This document shows, piece after piece, positions 47,466-56,949 of a DNA stretch of 64,000 nt (the first letter of the stretch is position 1; each line of letters opens with the position of its first letter). The stretch is from a virus: positions 2,242 to 66,241 of the IMG/VR virus record IMGVR_UViG_3300005323_000002, one strand, 5' to 3'. The translations under genes and the position numbers were made by a program. The notes beneath the pieces were generated by a model. It saw only the letters and a program-made list of their open reading frames with translations, was not told the DNA's origin and did not search any database.

Positions 47466-48695
47466 GTGCATATCACGCCCGTTTTAATCCTCGATGGACA
47501 GGACGTGAGCCGCTACTTCATCTCATGTCACATGGAGCAGACCGGTAATAGCAGCAAAGATCCGGGTAAGTATGATCTGGTTATTGCCAATCCAGGCGGA
47601 AAATTTACCGGCGCGTTTGCCCCCAAATCAGTCGAGGTCGTGACGGAAGAAGAGCTGGGAAACTTCACAACCGCGCCGAAAAAGAAAGTATCTCTGCAGA
47701 TTATCGTCAGCAAACAAGGCTGCGAAGGCAGTAGCTCAAAAACTATAACAATCTTTTCGGGAGAGATCCAGAAGGCGGAAGCAGATGAGTTATACCTGAA
47801 GATTGAGGGCTCATGCTCCGAGGGAGGCATGACCGCGAGGATTAATCCCAAGATTTGGCCGACAGGGACTCCTATCACGACTATCGTAAATGACCTATTG
47901 GACGATTTCGGCTATATGGGTGTCAGGCATATCATGCCCGCCAAAAACACAACGGACGACGTTAACCCGACGCTCGATAAGGGCATTGATTTTGACACCG
48001 CCCTTTACACAGTCTCCTGCTGGGCCGAGTCCATCTACTTCTTCGACGAAGCAGACGGATTCTGGTTCGTGCCCGCTACGAATCTGCGGGGCTTCTCAAA
48101 CCTGACCGGAAACATCCTGAGGGGCTCCAATGCGACTAACATGGTGGGCTACTGCAATCATGTTGATGTCTATGGTGGCACGCCAGAGGATCTGTGGGAG
48201 GGCAAGACCCATAACCTGATTCATGCTTGGGCCGAGCCTAATAATGATTGGGAGATTCAATCATATGGCCTCATGAAAGCTCCTCCAGTCGTGCTACCAA
48301 ATGCAGACCAAGCCAAATGCCAAGAAGTCGCAGACAAGCTCTTGGAGTGGTATCGGCAGTATAAAGATGTTCCTACTGTTAAGGTTGTAGGTAAAGCTCC
48401 CGGCTTATTGTCCAAGGTGGCCTATCGGCCCTGGAATGGAGATATGCCACCAGTCAAATGTGATGGCGCAGAAGAGGCCGAGATGGGTGCCGTTATGGGC
48501 CTCGTGACTCGCCGGGTAGTGGATATCTCTGCAGAGGCAGGGTTTGTGGCATCGCTGGACGTGACGACCAACTTCCTTGGGGTCAACAAGCCCACGGGCG
48601 ATGAGGAGATCATGAACTTCTATTCTAACTATAGGACGGCAATCGACCAAGACCCCTCGGTTGTGCAGAAATATCCGGGGGTGGTACTCGTATGA
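47466..48695 (+). CDS. Baseplate hub protein
   Basis: LDGQDVS, IFSGEI, YFFDEADG, NHVDVYGG motifs; position before the spike. Confidence 0.75.
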   Translation: MHITPVLILDGQDVSRYFISCHMEQTGNSSKDPGKYDLVIANPGGKFTGAFAPKSVEVVTEEELGNFTTAPKKKVSLQIIVSKQGCEGSSSKTITIFSGEIQKAEADELYLKIEGSCSEGGMTARINPKIWPTGTPITTIVNDLLDDFGYMGVRHIMPAKNTTDDVNPTLDKGIDFDTALYTVSCWAESIYFFDEADGFWFVPATNLRGFSNLTGNILRGSNATNMVGYCNHVDVYGGTPEDLWEGKTHNLIHAWAEPNNDWEIQSYGLMKAPPVVLPNADQAKCQEVADKLLEWYRQYKDVPTVKVVGKAPGLLSKVAYRPWNGDMPPVKCDGAEEAEMGAVMGLVTRRVVDISAEAGFVASLDVTTNFLGVNKPTGDEEIMNFYSNYRTAIDQDPSVVQKYPGVVLV

Positions 48696-48979
48696 TGACG
48701 GCTGCATTGCTGTCAGAAGAGCGATACATCGAGGCCATGCAGTCCGCTGAGGCTAAAGACAGCACTATCAATTACCGCAGGCTGAAGGCTGATCGGTCCA
48801 TTGCACTGCTTTATAACCCTGCGACCAGGGATGGGAAGTTCTCAACAAAATTGAACGCGAGATCGGCACTTGTGGACGGCTATTACGAGGCGTTTCCACA
48901 CATCGATTATGCGGAGACGCTCACCCAGAATAATGCCAACCTGGCAAAGTACGGCTGGCCCGATTATGAGGGTATCTGA
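48692..48979 (+). CDS. Hypothetical baseplate-region protein
   Basis: Coupled on both sides. Confidence 0.55.
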   Translation: MMTAALLSEERYIEAMQSAEAKDSTINYRRLKADRSIALLYNPATRDGKFSTKLNARSALVDGYYEAFPHIDYAETLTQNNANLAKYGWPDYEGI

Positions 48980-50538
48980 TGGTTAGCAATACCCGCGATC
49001 GCAACATAGACAGCTCTCGCCGCGAGGACTCCCGAAAGGGCCAGGTGGATCGATGTGAAGTTATAAACGTCCGGCCTCATGTCCGGCCCTATCCGGAAGA
49101 CAAAGATTTCAACACTGTTGATGTCCAACTTATCGACCGCCCCAGGGTCAACGAAGCTGCCCTAACGATCGAGTACGTCAAGCTCAATAGTCTCCAGCGA
49201 GAACATGGCAAGTTCCAGGGGATACCCTGGAACGCCCGCATAGGAGACATGATCTATGTCTACTGGCTGGCCGAGAGGGAGGCTCTGGTCCTTGGAACCT
49301 GCACGTCAGTCGAGCAGGAGCCCGTCTGTCGATCTCAGGCGGATGATCAGCAGCAGGAGTACGTCTTCAAACTCTGCCCCTGGGAAGAGCCGCAGAAGAA
49401 CGCAGACGGCAATTACATCATATTTCCCAACCCGAAACATCCGCTCTGTTTCAAGTGGTGGCCCAAGACGCTGGATTCGCAGCTAATATTCGATTGCCTG
49501 GAGGGTCACAACAAAGCGACATGCTGCTCCGCTGCGCCGTGCAACAGTCTAGATGATCATCAATCGAGCACTTGCTTCAAGAATTTTTCGTACAAAAGTC
49601 CGACGACGGTCGACAAGGCTTACCGGTTTAAGTTCCTCCATCACTGCGGAAGCTACTGGTTTTTCGACGACGACGGGGTCTGGCGGTTTTGCGGTAAGAA
49701 CCAGAACGGCGAGCTCGGCTTCATCCATCACTACGCGGATGGCAAGATCGAGATTAACAGCCCGGTCGAGGTGCTGATCAAGGCCCCCAAGATCACCTTG
49801 GACGGCCCGGTGGAAATCACCGAGAGCCTGAAGGTTCCCGTCTGCGTCCATCAATCATGCAGTTGCTCCGACTCCGCAACAACCCACGTAGACCTCGACA
49901 CAGGCCGGGTGATGAAGCAGGAAGGCAATAATCAGGTGCCTGTGGGCAGTCAGACAGCCGCAAAGATCGCATGCTGCAACGGTGGTAAGATGGCCTGCTG
50001 CACGGCTGGCAATGATCTCTATGAGCTGATCGATGGAGGATGGGAGTTCTGCCGAGCCGGGTGTTCAGATGTATGCTACTCGCCGGACGAGCTGCTCTAC
50101 ATCATCGACAGCGCCACAACCAAACTAATGAGGCGCGAAGTCAATGGGACTTGGACGGATCTATCGGGATTGTGTCTGAGTCTGGCGGCTGCCAGTGCCA
50201 CCGTAGCCTACGCTATAGGAACTGACGAGTACCTCTGGAAGCGTGATGCTGGATCGTGGACCAATCCAGAACACAGCACTGCAATAATTGACATATCGAT
50301 AGCTAACGATGGCACAGTCTATGCTATCCGAAAAGCAGATAAGGCCTTGATAAAGCTGGTCGGGTCGAGCTATGTTTTGGTAAGTGATACTCTGGCGCTG
50401 AAGGAGATTTCGGCCAGGGATGCCTATCATATTTTGGGTATCGGAGATGCGGACGATATTGTATATCTCTGGAACGATGTCCGCTGGACTTCTCAAGGCG
50501 TGACGGCGGCGAGCATCGGAATATCTTCGGCTGGATAA
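48979..50538 (+). CDS. Baseplate central spike fused to a tectonin-like beta-propeller
   Basis: OB-fold motif GIPWNARIGDMIYV, beta-helix GKIEINSPVEVLIKAPKITLDGPVEIT, C-terminal IS..DG.VYAI..D..W repeats. Confidence 0.75.
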   Translation: MVSNTRDRNIDSSRREDSRKGQVDRCEVINVRPHVRPYPEDKDFNTVDVQLIDRPRVNEAALTIEYVKLNSLQREHGKFQGIPWNARIGDMIYVYWLAEREALVLGTCTSVEQEPVCRSQADDQQQEYVFKLCPWEEPQKNADGNYIIFPNPKHPLCFKWWPKTLDSQLIFDCLEGHNKATCCSAAPCNSLDDHQSSTCFKNFSYKSPTTVDKAYRFKFLHHCGSYWFFDDDGVWRFCGKNQNGELGFIHHYADGKIEINSPVEVLIKAPKITLDGPVEITESLKVPVCVHQSCSCSDSATTHVDLDTGRVMKQEGNNQVPVGSQTAAKIACCNGGKMACCTAGNDLYELIDGGWEFCRAGCSDVCYSPDELLYIIDSATTKLMRREVNGTWTDLSGLCLSLAAASATVAYAIGTDEYLWKRDAGSWTNPEHSTAIIDISIANDGTVYAIRKADKALIKLVGSSYVLVSDTLALKEISARDAYHILGIGDADDIVYLWNDVRWTSQGVTAASIGISSAG

Positions 50539-50546
50539 GAGGGGAT

Positions 50547-51011
50547 TTGATGGCTTTTGGCGACGTGAAAATGAGCGGCGTGTTTGAAAATGGAGAATGC
50601 CGCTGCCACGGTAGGTGGGGCCCAGTTAGGACATCTTCAGGAGATGTGGCCCGCGTTACTAAGGAACAAGAGTGTATCATGCAGCGCATACAAGTATGGC
50701 TTTCAGTAAAAAAGGGTGAGCGTCCTCTTTTTCCGAACTTCGGCTGCTGCATACGATCATACATGAACAAGCCGCTCACAATGAGCGTTCTGAAAGCACT
50801 GAAAGGCGAGATCCAGGCCGAGCTGGAGGAGCTGTTCCCTGAATATACAGTCTCGAACCTCCGCGTAACTGTGCCTGCTAGAAATGAAATCGATATCAAG
50901 GCCAACATCGGAGCATATCCGGTCGAGTTCCTGGGCACCGCAGCGACACTGAACGAGCTGAACAGCAGGCTCAATGAGGCCCTGAAAGATCTGGGAATGG
51001 CATCCTACTGA
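50547..51011 (+). CDS. Baseplate wedge protein (gp25/GPW-like)
   Basis: QRIQVWLSVKKGERPLFPNFGC. Confidence 0.88.
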   Translation: MMAFGDVKMSGVFENGECRCHGRWGPVRTSSGDVARVTKEQECIMQRIQVWLSVKKGERPLFPNFGCCIRSYMNKPLTMSVLKALKGEIQAELEELFPEYTVSNLRVTVPARNEIDIKANIGAYPVEFLGTAATLNELNSRLNEALKDLGMASY

Positions 51012-51018
51012 GGTTTTT

Positions 51019-52455
51019 ATGGTCACAACTTTCACAGAGTTCTTAGACATGACTGCAGAGGAGCTGTATGAAGATTGGCTCACGTACATTACCACAAGAG
51101 ATCCGCTTCTGCAGGACACTTCTCCGGCCACGTTCAACAGCATTTTAGCAGAGGCAGTGGCATCCGAGTTCTGGATTTTTATACAATTGCTAAAACAGAA
51201 AGTCCAGGACTCCAGCGTCCTCACTGCAGAGGGGGATGCCCTCTCGGCTATTGTGCTCTCGATGCTGCCGTCTGGTCGCCAGGCAGGCACCAGAGCAACC
51301 GGCGTGCTGGTATTCAGCAGGCCAACCGCAGCACCAAGCGACATCACCATTCCAGCCGGGACTATATGCGCCGCAGTGAACGATGACGGCACTCTGGAGC
51401 AGTTCCAGACTACAGAAGAGGTAACACTCGGCGCAGGCGACACCCAGGCGTACGCCGACGCAACTGCAATTGTTGCAGGGACGGCGGGCAATGTAAGCAC
51501 TGGGCTGGTCACTATCATCAGGACGCCTATTGTGGGGATCGCTACCTGCACCAATGACGCCGCGTTCGCCGGTGGCACTGACCAGGAGAGTGACACGGAT
51601 CTCCGGGAGAGGGCACTCTACACAATCTGGGTCAATGGCCGGGCAACAGTCCCCTTGATGGAAGAGCACATCGATGGCGTCGAGGGCGTCCGGGAGGCTC
51701 ACGTCGAGACCTTGGGGCAAGGAGACGTGCTGCTCGTGATAGATGCCTCTGAAGGCATCGACACCGACATAGACGACATGATCCTCGATAACCTCGCTGC
51801 CGGCTGCACAGCTCCGGGAGTCCTGGGCGCAAGCCTGCGAGACGACGGCGACAGCTTCGAGATTGGCGACAGCTCCGGCGCGCCCGTGTGGGTCCGAAAC
51901 CTGCAGTTTACTGCTGTAGAGGTTACGGTCCCGTTTACCTACGAGGAGCCGGGAGGGACCAGTAAGTCAGGGACGGCCACAATTCCGGCTGGATCCCCGG
52001 TAGGCTATACGGTCGAAGCAGTGATGGATGACGAGTATCCTAACGCTACCAAAATCCTATCATCGACGTATGCCGGCGCTCTGAGCTTCGACATATTCAT
52101 GGGCAAGGGCGAGTACCCGCGGCTGTGGGTGCTACCGGAGCTGCAGGAAGTAGACATCACACTCGAGCTCGTCCTCACGACCACTCCTGAAGTTGGACTA
52201 CTGGCCAGCATCCAGGCCAGTCTGGAGGCTAAGCTGGCCAGCTACAAGATTGGCGAGGCACTGGAGTTCGCAGACCTCGTGAAGTACATCTACGTCGATT
52301 ACAGCACCGGGCGCGCGTTCTCCGGCATAGACGATGTGTCCAGTTTTTCGGTCACTTGCAAGGGCGCGACCATAACGGGCTTCGGGCAGAAAGTGACGCT
52401 TGACGAGGATGAGCGCATTGAGCCGGGTACAGTAAGCGTAACTGAGGCTGCATAG
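51019..52455 (+). CDS. Baseplate J-like protein
   Basis: ATGVLVFSR, IPAGT, AGTAGNV, GGTDQESDTDLRER. Confidence 0.93.
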   Translation: MVTTFTEFLDMTAEELYEDWLTYITTRDPLLQDTSPATFNSILAEAVASEFWIFIQLLKQKVQDSSVLTAEGDALSAIVLSMLPSGRQAGTRATGVLVFSRPTAAPSDITIPAGTICAAVNDDGTLEQFQTTEEVTLGAGDTQAYADATAIVAGTAGNVSTGLVTIIRTPIVGIATCTNDAAFAGGTDQESDTDLRERALYTIWVNGRATVPLMEEHIDGVEGVREAHVETLGQGDVLLVIDASEGIDTDIDDMILDNLAAGCTAPGVLGASLRDDGDSFEIGDSSGAPVWVRNLQFTAVEVTVPFTYEEPGGTSKSGTATIPAGSPVGYTVEAVMDDEYPNATKILSSTYAGALSFDIFMGKGEYPRLWVLPELQEVDITLELVLTTTPEVGLLASIQASLEAKLASYKIGEALEFADLVKYIYVDYSTGRAFSGIDDVSSFSVTCKGATITGFGQKVTLDEDERIEPGTVSVTEAA

Positions 52456-52477
52456 TAATTATTCAGGAGTTGGTTTT

Positions 52478-52870
52478 ATAACAGATACAGTAACTTACGA
52501 GCTTGGGCTGTCCATAGCGGACGGCCCCACTATTTTGGCGGACAACCACTTCGAAGCGGAGGGATACGAGAAGCTGGAGGCGAGCATTCCGGGCGGCTCC
52601 GTGGCCACGATGGTTAATGTCCAGCCAAGCCTGCTGACACAGCTCAAGGCCATCATGATCATAGCGGAGAGATACGAGGATCTATCATTCACGGTGGATG
52701 AAGAGGTCACGGTCCGGACGCTTGACGGCCCCCTGGTGCTAATCGGTCCGGGAAACATTGCCATGCTGGGTGCGACAGTGAACAACCTGGTCTTCACCAA
52801 TGCAAACGCCACTGCTGCAAACATGATAACGATCCTGGTCGCCCGCACGGCGATCGAGCCAGGGACATAG
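52478..52870 (+). CDS. Structural protein, paralog of 24702-25202; apparent ATA start
   Basis: Homology extends upstream of the ORF-track start to ATA-ACA-GAT at 52478; SD AGGAG. Confidence 0.6.
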   Translation: MTDTVTYELGLSIADGPTILADNHFEAEGYEKLEASIPGGSVATMVNVQPSLLTQLKAIMIIAERYEDLSFTVDEEVTVRTLDGPLVLIGPGNIAMLGATVNNLVFTNANATAANMITILVARTAIEPGT

Positions 52871-53330
52871 ATGGGCGCCAGAAAGGGCAGGCAACCGACT
52901 ATTCCCGAATGCCTGGCTTACGAAAAATGCAAAACCGTTGGGGCAGACTGTGAGATCTGTCTTACACTTTCGGCAGATGCGTGGCGAGAGCATGTCCGGA
53001 AAGTGCTGGTGAGAGGCTAGACGGATTCGATAGTTTCAAGATCGCTTCCGAGACGGCTTTCGTTGTGGGCATTTGTCCCACATCATTGATTGCCCGAAGT
53101 AACCGCTCTCGGACATCGGCAAAAACAATCTCAATCTAGTCCATGAGTTTCGCCGCCATCACGCGCACCTCGATGCAAGCCGTCTCCGCAGCATCTCGTA
53201 GCTGCTGATTGCGTATCTCTTCTGCCGTGCCGATATACGCTATTTCTAGCGAACAATTTTGAAGTGCAATTATCATACTGCCTCTCTCTTCGCTCCTGCT
53301 GCATATTATTCTTTTTGGGCAGGAGATCTT

Positions 53331-54239
53331 CTATACACCAAGCTGCGGCACATGTGCGAGATATGCTTTTCTGACATCGTCAGGATCGATGTGGAAATAC
53401 ACGTCGATCGCCTCCTTCATGACATCGCCCCGCAGCCACTTCACATAGTCTCGATTCATGCCTGCCCTCAGCAGGTGGGTGGCCATCCAGTGACGGCAGC
53501 AGTGCGAAGTGAAATGGTCCTCCATCCGATCTGAGTCGGGATCGTGAAGCCCGCAGAGCACCGCCGCCTTCTCGATGTTATGACGCAAGGCACCGCTACC
53601 GATCCTCTTTCCACAGGTATCGATCCAGAGGGATTGATCGCGTGGTGCACGGCTCTTGCGAATCTCCAGCCAGCGACGAAGTACATAAGCAGTCTCATCA
53701 TCGAAAAATACTATGCGATTGCTTCGTTTCCTTTTTTCTTTTAGCAGAATGCTCTGATTCTGCCAATTGATGTCCCGGACCTCCATTGAGAGCAGCTCCC
53801 CTCTTCTGACGCCGGTTTTTGCCATGACGAGCAACATGGCTTTATTCCGGATGTCGATCATGCCGTTTACCAGCCGGGCCATATCTTCCACAGAAATTAG
53901 TTTGTGTGTATGCTCTTCTGATGACGCTTTATATTGCGTCAGGTATCGTTTCCGGACTTCCTGCACCGGATTGTCCGAGCGGATGCCCTCAAACATCAGG
54001 AATTCGTAGAAGCTAGATAACGCATTCAGTCGGCCCCGTATGGTGCGAGTTGTGGCCTTGTTCTTCCTCTGAAGATCGACATATGCCCTCACATCCATCT
54101 TGCTCGCGCCCTCGATCGGACGGCCCAAAAACTTTGAAAACCCTCGCAGGCCTTTGGCGTAAGTGTAGATTGTCTGGCCACTCAGGCCGCGAGTGCTGGC
54201 GTCCGCAGCCCACTGGTCGATCACTTCTTCCAGCTCCAT
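53331..54239 (-). CDS. int: Tyrosine recombinase / integrase
   Basis: SAM-like N-domain; TGVRRGEL, HCCRH, LRGD, DVYFH catalytic segments. Confidence 0.93.
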   Translation of the reverse strand: MELEEVIDQWAADASTRGLSGQTIYTYAKGLRGFSKFLGRPIEGASKMDVRAYVDLQRKNKATTRTIRGRLNALSSFYEFLMFEGIRSDNPVQEVRKRYLTQYKASSEEHTHKLISVEDMARLVNGMIDIRNKAMLLVMAKTGVRRGELLSMEVRDINWQNQSILLKEKRKRSNRIVFFDDETAYVLRRWLEIRKSRAPRDQSLWIDTCGKRIGSGALRHNIEKAAVLCGLHDPDSDRMEDHFTSHCCRHWMATHLLRAGMNRDYVKWLRGDVMKEAIDVYFHIDPDDVRKAYLAHVPQLGV

Positions 54240-54703
54240 CCATGAGTGCCCCTGGATATGAGGCCTTCCGACTCCAATATCTGGAGCTGGCGGGATATTG
54301 CCCGCATGGCCTCTGGAGTGTCGGCTCCGAGCAGATCTAAGAGCCTGTGATCATGGATAGGACCTGCTCGCAAGGCCTTCAGGATGTCTGGATCGATGTG
54401 TGCGCCCCAGGATGGCCGCACAAATGCAGCGCCTCGAAGTGCCCGCAGCTCAGCATCTCGCTGCCGTAACAGGAGGTCTTTTGCCTCCAGAGTTGTCTGC
54501 AGGCCGTTGAGCTCTGTCCTGAGCTGTTCCAATTCCGGCCCGTTGCTTGGCCGGGGTGGGCGGCTGGCTTCCTCGAAAAGTGACAGAAGATATTTCGAAG
54601 CCGTGCATCCGCGAGCGGTTGCGGCTTCCTTAATTTTTTCCTTGACTTCTGAGGTAGGTAGTGAGATCTCCAGGATTTTTCCCATTCGAGATTTTGGGGG
54701 CAT
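54221..54703 (-). CDS. Integrase-associated regulator (RHH, coiled coil, wHTH)
   Basis: KIKEAATARGCTASKYLL, heptads, ISRQLQILESEGLI..GW. Confidence 0.65.
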   Translation of the reverse strand: MPPKSRMGKILEISLPTSEVKEKIKEAATARGCTASKYLLSLFEEASRPPRPSNGPELEQLRTELNGLQTTLEAKDLLLRQRDAELRALRGAAFVRPSWGAHIDPDILKALRAGPIHDHRLLDLLGADTPEAMRAISRQLQILESEGLISRGTHGWSWKK

Positions 54704-54967
54704 AAAAAAACGAATGAAATCATAGGTATATATAGTTGTCCGTAAATCATTTATGGAAATATATGGTATGTGATATGATTTACGGACAGGCCCTTTAGCC
54801 CCATTCCCAGCCGTTCGCCACCAGGGCACGGGCGAAGGCAAGTGGGTCTTTCTGGCAGCTCAGGATGGCCGGGACAATGTGACACTACCGGGATCAGGCG
54901 CTTCGCAAGGGGGCAATAGGAGATAAAGAAGAATGAGGCACTCGCGCCGGGCGCGAGTCCTTCGGTA

Positions 54968-55591
54968 TCACTGCTCAGCTAGATTTTTCCTTATCGCCTG
55001 ATGGATTGAATAACTATCGGCAACGCTGAATAAATCATTGTAATCTAGCAAAACCATATCAGGGAATTTATCCCAATTAATTTTACTGGCCGTAGATCTT
55101 CTCATATCGACAACAACAGCCTTCTCTACCTTCGGATTTCCATATTGGTCCGTGAATTCTCCCTGTTGAGCGATATAAACGCGTCCGACGTCTGGATATT
55201 TATAAAGCTCTTTTAATATCTCAGTAAAGGTATTGGCGCTATTCTTCACCAATGATTCGCTGCTCCATTCATCTTTGGGCAGCAATATAATGGCAATGTT
55301 ATAGCCCTCTGACTCGCCCATATCATTCATAGAGATTGTGTACTCATGTCCGCCGTTGTGGGATCGTAGTATATTTTTCACAATTTTCTCGGTTATGTTG
55401 CCAGATTCAGCGGCGCCAACGATCGAGTTGTTGCTGGAATCTCCTGGCTTGGTGTCGTGATTTTGTCCTATGAGTAGCCCCAATATGATGAGTAGGATGA
55501 ATATCCCGATTGCACCGTAAATGAGATAGCCGACGATTCTCAACAACTTGCTGCTGCTATTAAGCAAAGGCAGTTTGTCACCTATACTCAA
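54968..55591 (-). CDS. Membrane-anchored protein
   Basis: Single N-terminal TM followed by a soluble domain. Confidence 0.7.
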   Translation of the reverse strand: MSIGDKLPLLNSSSKLLRIVGYLIYGAIGIFILLIILGLLIGQNHDTKPGDSSNNSIVGAAESGNITEKIVKNILRSHNGGHEYTISMNDMGESEGYNIAIILLPKDEWSSESLVKNSANTFTEILKELYKYPDVGRVYIAQQGEFTDQYGNPKVEKAVVVDMRRSTASKINWDKFPDMVLLDYNDLFSVADSYSIHQAIRKNLAEQ

Positions 55592-55648
55592 AATATTTCC
55601 CTCCGAGTTAACGTAGTACTCGTGAGATCCAACGAAAAACCTTTTGGC

Positions 55649-55844
55649 CGATACTTGCAGTCAAGTATCAAGTATTCCGACTATATCTCATAGAATCAAC
55701 TTTGTATAATATATTTTACTATATTTTATCTCTATCTCAAAGTAATCAATATCAATAAAACTCATAAATCTCTTCGAATTCAAGGAAAAATATGGAATCT
55801 CAAAGAGAAATGTGAGGATACTTGATACTTGCAGGCAAGTATCG
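55649..55844. repeat. Near-perfect 27-bp inverted repeat flanking an AT-rich spacer
   Basis: CGATACTTG-cagt-CAAGTAT-CAAGTAT (55649-55675) and ATACTTG-ATACTTG-cagg-CAAGTATCG (55818-55844). Confidence 0.9.
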
Positions 55845-56282
55845 TCAGCCCTTTGCGGCCCGCAAGATTAAGACATGTCTCTTGCGATCTGCATGAAACG
55901 GCCTAATCTCAATTTTATCCTGCATGGTCGCGAGCAATCTTGAGAAAACTGCTTCGCCCAACCCCATCCGTTGCCGTGCATCCTTCGCGAGCATTTTGCC
56001 TTGATTGACTGTCAAAAGAGCAATCAAAACCTCTTTGCGGTCGCGCTGGCTGGGCGTCGGATCAGGCTCTTCCTTGAACCGCAAGTCTGCTATGTATTCG
56101 CTGTGCTTGTCGAGCCTGGCTTCATGCTCTTTTGTGACCTCGGCCAGGCGGCAGACCTCTGTGAGCAGCGCATTGAACATTGTGGCAGGCAGAGCCACAA
56201 GCTCCGCGTTCTCCGCGCTGTCCGCAATGCTTATAGCCGAAGCTATGTTAGTATCAGTAGACATGTTAGTACCACCTATCAT
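55845..56282 (-). CDS. Coiled-coil plus wHTH protein
   Basis: Short coiled coil, then GKMLAKDARQRMGLGEAVFSRLL...DRKRHVL. Confidence 0.7.
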   Translation of the reverse strand: MIGGTNMSTDTNIASAISIADSAENAELVALPATMFNALLTEVCRLAEVTKEHEARLDKHSEYIADLRFKEEPDPTPSQRDRKEVLIALLTVNQGKMLAKDARQRMGLGEAVFSRLLATMQDKIEIRPFHADRKRHVLILRAAKG

Positions 56283-56285
56283 GTC

Positions 56286-56504
56286 TCAAGCGAGAATTGG
56301 AAGAGTGCTAGGTACTGCCTCGCAAGGGTTTGATCCTTCACTCTTCTTTTCCGTCTTCTCTTCTACTAAAATCATAATCGTTACCAAATCACCTGGCGCG
56401 ATCCCATAAGCGTCGCGTATGCTTTTTGGAATCATCACCCGCCCGATCGTATCAACCTTCAGGGTTGTCGGAATTTCTTTCATGCTCTTTACTACATCTT
56501 CCAA
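56286..56504 (-). CDS. AbrB/MazE/SpoVT-family regulator
   Basis: KVDTIGRVMIPKSIRDAYGIAPGDLV; start may be the internal ATG. Confidence 0.88.
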   Translation of the reverse strand: MEDVVKSMKEIPTTLKVDTIGRVMIPKSIRDAYGIAPGDLVTIMILVEEKTEKKSEGSNPCEAVPSTLPILA

Positions 56505-56599
56505 GTATATACGCTTTTCTGAAGGAATAGTTAAAACTTTGAATTATTAGTGAAAAGACTTAAATAGTAGGGAAGAGTAGATATGAATAGTGAATTGCC
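56505..56599. promoter_or_regulatory. Divergent promoter region (probable genetic switch)
   Basis: AT-rich gap between divergent genes, with TATATA and TTAAATA boxes. Confidence 0.55.
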
Positions 56600-56791
56600 A
56601 TGCACTCCAAGAAATTCTCCGCTAATGCGCGTGCCAGCTTTCAGGCATCCGCCGATCCCGCAAGAGTGGCTGCCACCCTGGCTGCTGAGGAAAAGATGAA
56701 GGCCTTCTTCCAGGCCGGCGCACTACAAGGCATCGTGAAGTACGGCAGCCTGCCGCCGCGGGTCCGGCCAGCACCGCAGGGGGCTTTCTGA
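56600..56791 (+). CDS. Hypothetical protein
   Basis: First ORF after the rightward TATA box. Confidence 0.45.
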   Translation: MHSKKFSANARASFQASADPARVAATLAAEEKMKAFFQAGALQGIVKYGSLPPRVRPAPQGAF

Positions 56792-56949
56792 ATGGCATTT
56801 CGATTGCCTCAGAATACAACCGAACTGAAAATCGCATTGTCGGAGGCCCGGCACCGTGGCTGGATGGCGGCATTTGAGACAGCATGCCATCTCCAGGAGG
56901 CCCGGCTGCAGCTCGCCTGGGCCGCAATTAATCAGATGGAGATGATCTG

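Noticed and set aside
20842-47468. Pyrrolysine or amber readthrough at in-frame TAG-ATG/GTG junctions (20844, 22633, 47465)
   Set aside because: Each downstream gene has an SD-like sequence, TAA junctions show the same zero gap (25944, 28860), and no Pyl machinery is present. Translational coupling explains them.
38663-51596. Long antisense ORFs (38663-39400, 45190-45810, 50324-50974, 50757-51596)
   Set aside because: They are shadows of well-supported plus-strand genes in GC-rich sequence and carry no motifs.
56528-56549. ATAGTTAAAA match to the module A box within the divergent promoter
   Set aside because: Only 10 nt of AT-rich identity and the palindrome is not preserved, so it may be chance.
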